64,000 nt of DNA from Bacteroidetes bacterium GWA2_32_17. GTDB taxonomy: Bacteria > Bacteroidota > Bacteroidia > Bacteroidales > GWA2-32-17. The stretch lies in assembly GCA_001769035.1 (NCBI GenBank), contig MENF01000106.1, forward strand, positions 17 through 64,016. Reading direction: 5' to 3'. The notes beneath the pieces were generated by a model. The model worked only from the letters and a program-made list of their open reading frames with translations. It had not been told where the DNA came from and ran no database searches. A program made the translations under genes and the position numbers. Of the stretch, positions 49,990 through 56,895 are shown one piece after another (position 1 is the stretch's first letter; every line of letters begins with the position of its first letter).

Positions 49990-52230
49990 ATGGGCAGATT
50001 ATTTGGTCTTATTATATTTTGTTTTTTTAGCATACAATTATTCTCTCAAAAGAAAGATAAAACAACGTTAATAAAAAATATTAACAAAGAACATAATCCA
50101 ATTAAAAAAATCAATCTTATGATTGATTTAACATACAATTATTTGGATAGCGATACAACCAATTTTATTAAATTAATGAAAGATATTGAATCATATTCAA
50201 TATCAAATAATTATTTCAAAGGATTAGGAGAATATTATTACAGATTTGGCGATTACTATTACAAAAAAGGAAAATATAAAATTTCAATAACAAATTATAG
50301 AAAATCAATCCCGTATTTTCAAAAAATCTCAAATAAAAAACGAGTAGCCGATGCATTCACATGCATTGGCGTAAACTATAGCGAATTAACAATGTACAAC
50401 GATGCTATTGAACCCTATATTAATTCAGAAAAACTTTATCAAGAAATACACGATACAACCGGATTAATTCAATCTTTAATAAACCTAAGTGCTAATTACG
50501 ATGATATTAAATTAAACGAAAAAGCAAAAAAATATATTAATAAAGCATTAGAATTATCATTAAAACAAAAAGATTTTGAAAGTGCTGCATATTGTTATTT
50601 GAATTTAGGCATTTATGAAAAAAAAGAAGGCAATTTCGATAAAGCATTAGAAAACTATATTAAAGTAGAAACTTATTCTACGCAATGTTCGAATAATTAT
50701 TTACTTAGCCATGCATATGTAAATATTTCGAGTCTTTTTTTAGAAAAAAAAGAACCATATAAAGCATTGCAATTTGCTAACAAATATTTCAGATTAAATA
50801 TTAATTCTAAAGAACCAAGTATTCTTTATCAAATAAACTCTTTATTTGGAAAAGCAGAAGTAGATATTGGAAAATATTCCGAAGGAATAGTTCATTTGAA
50901 TAAAGCGTTTAATAATGCTAAAGAAATAAATACAGGCAATTTAATAATTAATGCATCAAGTAATTTAGCTGACGCATATAAAACAATTTCTAAATTCGAC
51001 AAAGCGTATTATTATATAGAATTAGCATACAACTACAGCGATTCTATATTTAGAGCAGATAATTTAAAACAAATAACAGAAGTTGAAACAAAATATCAAA
51101 CTGAAAAAAAAGAACATGAAATTGAAGTATTAAATAAAAACAAAAAACTTCAGACTCTTGAACTTGATAAAAAACAAAGAGAAATAAAGCAAAGAAATTT
51201 CATTATATACGGTATCGGATTAGTATTACTTATTATTATAGGATTCTCTGTAATGCTATACAATACATTACAACAAAAAAGAAAAGCAAATAAACTTTTA
51301 AATCAGAAGAATAATGAGATACAACAAAAAAACGAAGAAATATTATCGCAACGAGATGAAATTCAAGCACAAAGAGACGAAGTAATTTTACATCGCGATA
51401 AAATAGCATCGCAACAAAAGAAAATAACCGATAGTATTTTATACGCTAGTAGAATTCAAAACGCAGTATTACCACCACTCGAAAATATTAACATTTTACT
51501 TCCAGAACATTTTATTTTGTTTAAACCACGCGACATTGTTAGTGGCGATTTTTACTGGATTCAACAAATTAAAAACAGAACATATATTGCTGTTGCCGAT
51601 TGCACCGGGCATGGAGTGCCAGGAGCATTTATGAGCATGCTCGGAGTTGCATTTTTAAATGAAATTATTACTAAATTTAATAATCCTATAGCCGGAGATA
51701 TATTAAATCAATTAAGAATAAATGTTAAACGTTCGTTGCATCAAACCGGAAGAGTTGGTGAGCAAAAAGATGGAATGGATATTTCGTTATGTGTAATAGA
51801 TAAAGACAAAAATCAATTAGAGTTTTCGGGAGCTAATAATCCTTTATATATAGTCAGCAGTCAACAGTCGGTAGTCGGCAGTCAGCAATCGGACTGTGAA
51901 CTGAAGACTGAATACTGTGGACTAATTGAACTAAAAGGTGATAAAATGCCAATTGGTGTTTATACTACTGATGATAAACTATTTAATACTCAATATTATT
52001 CATATAATACCGGCGATACATTTTATATGTTTAGCGATGGTTATGCCGACCAATTTGGCGGTATAGACGGTAAAAAGTTTATGAAATCGAGATTTAAAAA
52101 GTTTTTGCTCGAAATAAATAATTTATCTGTAAACGAACAACAAAAACAATTAGAATATAATATTGAGCGATGGATGGGCAACAACGAACAGATTGACGAT
52201 ATTTTAGTAGTTGGTGTTCGATTTGTTTAA
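49990..52230 (+). CDS. Membrane PP2C (SpoIIE-type) phosphatase with an N-terminal TPR sensor region
   Basis: TPR-like repeats, one TM, coiled coil, and a C-terminal PP2C domain paralogous to the upstream gene. Confidence 0.75.
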   Translation: MGRLFGLIIFCFFSIQLFSQKKDKTTLIKNINKEHNPIKKINLMIDLTYNYLDSDTTNFIKLMKDIESYSISNNYFKGLGEYYYRFGDYYYKKGKYKISITNYRKSIPYFQKISNKKRVADAFTCIGVNYSELTMYNDAIEPYINSEKLYQEIHDTTGLIQSLINLSANYDDIKLNEKAKKYINKALELSLKQKDFESAAYCYLNLGIYEKKEGNFDKALENYIKVETYSTQCSNNYLLSHAYVNISSLFLEKKEPYKALQFANKYFRLNINSKEPSILYQINSLFGKAEVDIGKYSEGIVHLNKAFNNAKEINTGNLIINASSNLADAYKTISKFDKAYYYIELAYNYSDSIFRADNLKQITEVETKYQTEKKEHEIEVLNKNKKLQTLELDKKQREIKQRNFIIYGIGLVLLIIIGFSVMLYNTLQQKRKANKLLNQKNNEIQQKNEEILSQRDEIQAQRDEVILHRDKIASQQKKITDSILYASRIQNAVLPPLENINILLPEHFILFKPRDIVSGDFYWIQQIKNRTYIAVADCTGHGVPGAFMSMLGVAFLNEIITKFNNPIAGDILNQLRINVKRSLHQTGRVGEQKDGMDISLCVIDKDKNQLEFSGANNPLYIVSSQQSVVGSQQSDCELKTEYCGLIELKGDKMPIGVYTTDDKLFNTQYYSYNTGDTFYMFSDGYADQFGGIDGKKFMKSRFKKFLLEINNLSVNEQQKQLEYNIERWMGNNEQIDDILVVGVRFV
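51853..51922 (+). repeat. Heptamer-periodic (cagtNNN) repeat embedded in-frame in the second PP2C gene
   Basis: gtcagcagtcaacagtcggtagtcggcagtcagc, at the position homologous to the element in the first paralog. Confidence 0.7.
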
Positions 52231-52445
52231 TCAGTGTTTGCATGAAAACGCCAACTACTGCGTTATTATTTTAATTTTATTGTTCGACATGCTCACTTCA
52301 AGTTTTTAAGATGTTCTCCGCTTATGCGGAGCAGGCAGTTATCCCGACAAAGAATTTTGTTAGTTTTGCTAAACAAAACTTTACAAATTATAAATCGGGA
52401 GCTTCGCTAAGTTCTGAATCAAACACTGACTTTATAGACAAACTC
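52231..52445 (+). mobile_element. MITE-like element, composite copy
   Basis: Right end ctgaatcaaacactgactttatagacaaact. The interior carries the gttcgacatgctcact module also seen at 42262. Confidence 0.45.
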
Positions 52446-53023
52446 TATTTAGATGAGCTTGAACTACTTGATTTTCTGACAACAGAAGTTTTAGTTTGAC
52501 TTTTAGATTTATTTGTTGCTTTAACTGTTTTAGTTCCTTTTGGTTTTACAGTTTTTGTAGTTTTAGCAACTTTAGTAATTTTCTTTTCCACGTCTGTTTT
52601 TTCAGTTTCGGTACTTGTAACTTCTTCTTTAGTTTCAACTTCTTCTTTAAGCATATCTTTAGCTAAAAGCATGTTGTACCATGAAAAAACTTTCTTTATA
52701 TCTGAAACATAAACTCTGTTTTTATCATAATTAGGAACGACTTCTGAAAAAGCTTTAATAAGCTCATTATTAGATGATTTAACATCAATAGAAGGCTTTT
52801 TTTCAAACTTTTCGAGCATTACTTTGAATATTTCTGACAAAGGTAATTCTTTGTCATCTGTAAAAACAGCAATATCTTCTAATGAACTAATTTTGTACGA
52901 ATTAAATGCAGGCATTCTTTTGCCGTCAATTAATGATTCAACAATAATGCTATTTTTAGCTTGCGATACTACTTTAAATAAACCGTGATAACCGGTTATT
53001 GCCATAACTCCTTTTAATTTCAT
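52445..53023 (-). CDS. DUF5606-like protein with a K/T/S-rich tail
   Basis: MKLKGVMAITGYHGLFKVV... N-terminus, recalled as a conserved Bacteroidota family. Start moved to ATG 53023. Confidence 0.5.
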   Translation of the reverse strand: MKLKGVMAITGYHGLFKVVSQAKNSIIVESLIDGKRMPAFNSYKISSLEDIAVFTDDKELPLSEIFKVMLEKFEKKPSIDVKSSNNELIKAFSEVVPNYDKNRVYVSDIKKVFSWYNMLLAKDMLKEEVETKEEVTSTETEKTDVEKKITKVAKTTKTVKPKGTKTVKATNKSKSQTKTSVVRKSSSSSSSK

Positions 53024-53160
53024 AATAATCTTAAATCTGTTTTTGCAAATATATAAAGTTGAATAATAATAATACAATAATTTGCATAAATTTATTAACA
53101 TATAAACAATGTACGGGTTAATTGACAAAAAAGTAGGCTAAAAACTTTTGAACTACTTAG

Positions 53161-53327
53161 TGTCTGTCTATAATGTCCGATTTTTTCGTTATGCCCCAGT
53201 ATGCTTCGCTACGGGGTAAACTTGTTTTGAAAACAGTCATTTACATTAGTAAACTCCTTGGTTTTCAAAACTTCGCAAGCCTCAAACTCGAACATTATAG
53301 TTCAGACACTGACTTTATGGACAGACT
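53161..53327 (+). mobile_element. MITE-like element with an 8-bp target-site duplication
   Basis: TIR tgtctgtctataatgtc / gactttatggacagact (14/17). CTACTTAG at 53153-53160 and 53328-53335. Confidence 0.65.
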
Positions 53328-53388
53328 CTACTTAGTAAAAAACCTTGATAACCCCATAGATAAAAACGCATTTTAAAAGCGTGATGTA

Positions 53389-53449
53389 GTTCAACTTGGA
53401 CTTCATGCTGGGTGCTGCGCATCACATGAAGTCCTATGTATTAGCAAAT
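53389..53449 (-). repeat. Short (61-bp) attC-like site
   Basis: Minus strand: atttgctaat-acata-ggacttcatg-(17-nt loop)-catgaagtcc-aa-GTTGAAC. GTTGAAC fits GTTRRRY. Unequal spacers. Confidence 0.55.
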
Positions 53450-53538
53450 GAACTTTTTTCCTCATTACTTATAGTTTGTGTCAAAACAACTGAGGCTAAT
53501 TTAGTCTTTTTTTAGTCAGCATTATGCATGTTTGAATT

Positions 53539-54036
53539 TTATTTTATAAAGCCTATAACATCAAAGTGTCCGTTAACCTCAATTTCTTTTTTGTTATAAA
53601 ATACAGTTTCATTTTGGAAATAATAATATTTACATTTTCTATTGTATGCCAATGAATATTTAATTTCAATAGTATCAGTATCTAAATAGTTTAATTTTAG
53701 ATAAAATATTTTTAAAATCACCTGCGATTTTGCTAAATAATCAGATGATTCATTATAAATTGGAAGATAAGAAAAAATACATGAACTAGAATCAGAACTA
53801 TAAGAAAGAGGTAATAGGTTAAAGTTAAAATCAAAAAGTTTGACAGAATCTACGCAATATTCACCAATGCTATCACATATAGATGTTTGTAAGGTGTATA
53901 ATATTTGATTATTTTTATGAATATTAAAAAATGCATTAAAATTTCCATGTACTTCTTTTCCGGGTTCATGGCACCTGTCACAAGAATATAAAGCAATTAT
54001 TATAACTATAAGAATAAAGATATGGTGATATTTCAT
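53539..54036 (-). CDS. Putative lipoprotein, function unknown (cassette ORF)
   Basis: Signal peptide with lipobox ALYSC. 165 aa. Confidence 0.4.
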   Translation of the reverse strand: MKYHHIFILIVIIIALYSCDRCHEPGKEVHGNFNAFFNIHKNNQILYTLQTSICDSIGEYCVDSVKLFDFNFNLLPLSYSSDSSSCIFSYLPIYNESSDYLAKSQVILKIFYLKLNYLDTDTIEIKYSLAYNRKCKYYYFQNETVFYNKKEIEVNGHFDVIGFIK

Positions 54037-54095
54037 ATTCTATTTTTTATTTATTATTTAGTCAAACCGCTAACTTTTTCTTTTTAAGCTTATTT

Positions 54096-54224
54096 GCTAA
54101 CGTTTGGTGCTTGGAAAAACTGGGCATTAAGCAGCAGGAAGTGTCAAACCGTTAAATATTTTATATTTTGTTGTCATTGTCAATTTGTACATGTCCGCCC
54201 AGTTTTAACAAACGTGTGTTAGCG
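54096..54224 (-). repeat. attC-like imperfect palindrome
   Basis: ctaac/gttag, cgtttg/caaacg and aaaactgggc/gcccagtttt arms with asymmetric bulges. Same family as 18094-18227. Confidence 0.55.
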
Positions 54225-54230
54225 TTTAGG

Positions 54231-54420
54231 CCGTTATTTCGTTGTTTAATGTTCCGAAGTGTCAAATTTGCAGCAATGTCATTTAGCCCGTGTGTCAGAG
54301 CGGGACGGGCTGGAAGGCTCTTTGGCAAAATTTGGCTAATACGAGAGTTTGTGTGTTTTGCCAATGTGCTTGACAGCGTAAGGAAGGGAGCGTTGATTTG
54401 TTCATTTTCCTGCTTCAATT
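54231..54420. repeat. Related palindromic repeat segment
   Basis: aatgttccgaagtgtcaaatttgcagcaatgtca resembles the attC-family left arm. Hairpins agcccgt...acgggct and ttggcaaaa...ttttgccaa. Confidence 0.4.
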
Positions 54421-54589
54421 ATTTTTTTGTCCATTTTTTACACTTCTTAGTGTAAACATATTTTAGGACAAGACAATACGTACTAAATCTGCAAAATGTT
54501 ATAAGACGTTTTTCTTTTGTTTATTGCGTCTGTCATAGCAAATTTAATTTTTGCCATACTTATGTATGCACAAGTTTATTAATAGAATA

Positions 54590-54754
54590 TCATTCATTTG
54601 ATGTAGGTGGCGGAGGTGGAGGCGGTGGGGCACTTTCCTTTTGAGGAGAAGGCGGTGGAGGTGGTGGTTGAGAATCCCTCATTGGTTTTGTTTGTGCTTT
54701 CTCAATACCTTCATTTAAAGGTTTTACTTTAGGTATTTGATTTTCTTCTTCCAT
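54590..54754 (-). CDS. Possible 54-aa proline-rich micro-protein (below the ORF-track cutoff)
   Basis: ATG at 54754, TGA at 54592-54590. MEEENQIPKVKPLNEGIEKAQTKPMRDSQPPPPPPSPQKESAPPPPPPPPTSNE. Starts 17 nt after the upstream stop. Confidence 0.3.
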   Translation of the reverse strand: MEEENQIPKVKPLNEGIEKAQTKPMRDSQPPPPPPSPQKESAPPPPPPPPTSNE

Positions 54755-54771
54755 TGTTTGAATTTATTTAG

Positions 54772-55410
54772 TTAATATTTCGGTACTTCAATAATAATAT
54801 CTCTATTGCAAAAATTTAAATAAACTTCATCTATTTTATACAATTCTTTACTATCTGAATAATTGTAAACTGTAACTTTTCTTAATGATAACTCTTTATT
54901 ATTTTCATCTTCTGCCCACGAATCTACTTGACCAAGATAAGTCAGCCCATTTTTAATATCTCTTATGTAAACCCAATCAACATTATTTCTATTAAGATAA
55001 TGATAATAAAGGCTATCATCTCCGAATTTATTAGACACTTTTAATGCTTGTGCAATTTTAAAAATTCTCTTACTTTGAATAATATAAGAAATTATATACT
55101 CAATAATTAAAGAAAGTGGTAAACAAAATAAAATTTCAATTAAATGAACATCATTATCTTTTTTTATTATTGCATCCCATATATGTAAATTTTTAAATAC
55201 AAAATCGTCTTTACAAACCTGAAATAATTGAATTAGCCAATAAAGCAGTTGTAAAATAACAAAAGATATTATACCAAGTAAAATAGAACTAATAATAAAC
55301 CTAAAAGGAGTCCATTTCTTATGAATTGTTATTGATTCAACTATTAAGGTTGAAATAATTCATGGAATTAAGATTATTATTAATCTTATTGTAAAGTCAG
55401 TGTATTCCAT
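54772..55410 (-). pseudogene. Multi-TM protein gene with a single in-frame TGA at codon 17
   Basis: ATG 55410 and the ORF-track ORF 55038-54772 are in the same frame (372 nt apart). The only stop between them is TGA at 55362-55360, and there is no ATG/GTG/TTG between that TGA and 55038. Confidence 0.55.
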
Positions 55411-55441
55411 TTTTTATTTCTTTTTTCCTAATTTTTCCAAA

Positions 55442-56440
55442 TTAATGCTTCTTTGCTCGTTTCGAGATTAAATAGAATACAACAATACCAGCTATTACCA
55501 GTATAGGTCCTATCCAAATCGCATTGTATTTCAAGAACTGAAGAGCTATAGGATTACCTGTTATAGTAAGAATCAGCCCAATGAAAACAAATAGTAGTGT
55601 TCCTCCACCAATTAACCATCTATTTTGGATTGCATTAATTTCAGATGACAAGGTATCCTTAATACTTCCAGAAATACTCTGTGAAAGCTGATTAGATTTT
55701 CCATCTAAATCAGTTACTTTGGTAGTCAACTTCTCAATGGAATCATAAATAGCCCCATATTCATTAGATACATTTTTTAATTCAAGATCAATGGCTTTAA
55801 GTTTTTGTCCTAAAATATTCCAAGGATAACCAGACTTTATAAGACCTTCAAGAAGAACCTCTGGACCTCCATCTACTAATGAATTTTCCCATTCTTCTTC
55901 TTTCATTCCAACAGGTGCCCCACCACGCTTTGAACGGATATAACCTGTTTCACCTTGATAATTTCCATCGTAGACACTTTCGGGCCTTTCGTCTTTCTCT
56001 AACTTAAAAATTACAAGACGGAATATTCTTTCCTTAAACACAAACCTGCGCTCTTCGCTTGAAGTATTTGTGATGGTCCAATTCAAAGTTCCATGATAAC
56101 CTGAATCAACATGAGTGGTTGCAGCAACTATGCCCTCACGAGAAAGGTCAGTTGTTGGGCTGACAATTGCATGTAAATCGATATTTGGAAATATTTTTTC
56201 AACAGTTTCTCTGCTAAAATCTAATATCTCGAAAGCAGTTAACGCAACGGAATGACCAGGGGGAACTTTAATTCCCTTTTTCTTCTTTCCAAGTTCAAAT
56301 TCTTTATTTGCATTTAAGAATTCACCAACTTCTCCTAACCTAAGTATATACGAATTCGGTCTCACCGATGTAATGTCCCCGTTAATAATAACTGAACCAA
56401 GTAATTTCTTTATCTCATGGTCGGAAATTAAAGTAGCCAT
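55442..56440 (-). CDS. dCTP deaminase/dUTPase-fold domain protein with a coiled coil and two C-terminal TM helices
   Basis: Dcd-like motif order: LISDHEI, SYILRLG, PGHSVALTAFE, DLSREG, VDSGYHGTLNWTITN, RIFRLVIFKL, YDGNYQGE. C-terminal helices LIGGGTLLFVFIGLILTITG and IWIGPILVIAGIVVFYLI. Confidence 0.6.
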   Translation of the reverse strand: MATLISDHEIKKLLGSVIINGDITSVRPNSYILRLGEVGEFLNANKEFELGKKKKGIKVPPGHSVALTAFEILDFSRETVEKIFPNIDLHAIVSPTTDLSREGIVAATTHVDSGYHGTLNWTITNTSSEERRFVFKERIFRLVIFKLEKDERPESVYDGNYQGETGYIRSKRGGAPVGMKEEEWENSLVDGGPEVLLEGLIKSGYPWNILGQKLKAIDLELKNVSNEYGAIYDSIEKLTTKVTDLDGKSNQLSQSISGSIKDTLSSEINAIQNRWLIGGGTLLFVFIGLILTITGNPIALQFLKYNAIWIGPILVIAGIVVFYLISKRAKKH

Positions 56441-56511
56441 AATATTTTTTTTTTTGATGTTATATTTTTATGAAATGCGAATATACAACTTTTTGAATTA
56501 CCATTTTTTTA

Positions 56512-56895
56512 TTACCCCTCTACAATTTTTATTTCCTCTTCCGCTAAATCATAAATTCTATTGTAAAACCAATCATGATTGTTATTTACGATCATTCTTT
56601 CGAATGAAGTTATTTTTTTGTTTTTATTAAATTTTTTTATAATCGTATAGAGGTGTTTGTAGTTTGAATAATTTTTCAATGCGGTGTTAACCTGGTCTTT
56701 CCATAAATTAATCAGTTGAATATGATTTGTTGTTTTTTTTTGAACAGCAAATTTGTACATCTTCTCAAGGTTATGCAATAATTTCTCCATTTGCTTTTCG
56801 GTTTTATTTTGGCATAACCATTCAACATACTTGTTTTTATTAAGTATGTTATCATTTATTTTTTCCTGAATTTCAATATCTGTTCTTATTTTCAT
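56512..56895 (-). CDS. Small ORF translationally coupled to the R-M gene
   Basis: ATGA start/stop overlap with the upstream gene. C-terminus NRIYDLAEEEIKIVEG echoes the R-M C-terminus IVYQLYDLTEDEIKIIEEK. Confidence 0.4.
   Translation of the reverse strand: MKIRTDIEIQEKINDNILNKNKYVEWLCQNKTEKQMEKLLHNLEKMYKFAVQKKTTNHIQLINLWKDQVNTALKNYSNYKHLYTIIKKFNKNKKITSFERMIVNNNHDWFYNRIYDLAEEEIKIVEG

Noticed and set aside
52311-53376. ORFs 52311-52499 (+) and 53173-53376 (+)
   Set aside because: Both lie inside MITE-like elements and share repeat-derived peptide ends (SDTDFIDKLYL / SDTDFMDRLYL). They are repeat read-through, not genes.
54161-54455. ORFs of 85 aa (-) and 95 aa (+)
   Set aside because: They overlap each other on opposite strands and consist of the attC-like palindromes. 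No start context or coding-like composition.
55360-55362. Genome-wide TGA reassignment (code 4/25) or selenocysteine
   Set aside because: TGA serves as the terminal stop of other well-formed genes (15709-15711, 36902-36904, 40015-40017). Long genes are intact under the standard code. No sel genes or obvious SECIS-like hairpin are seen.
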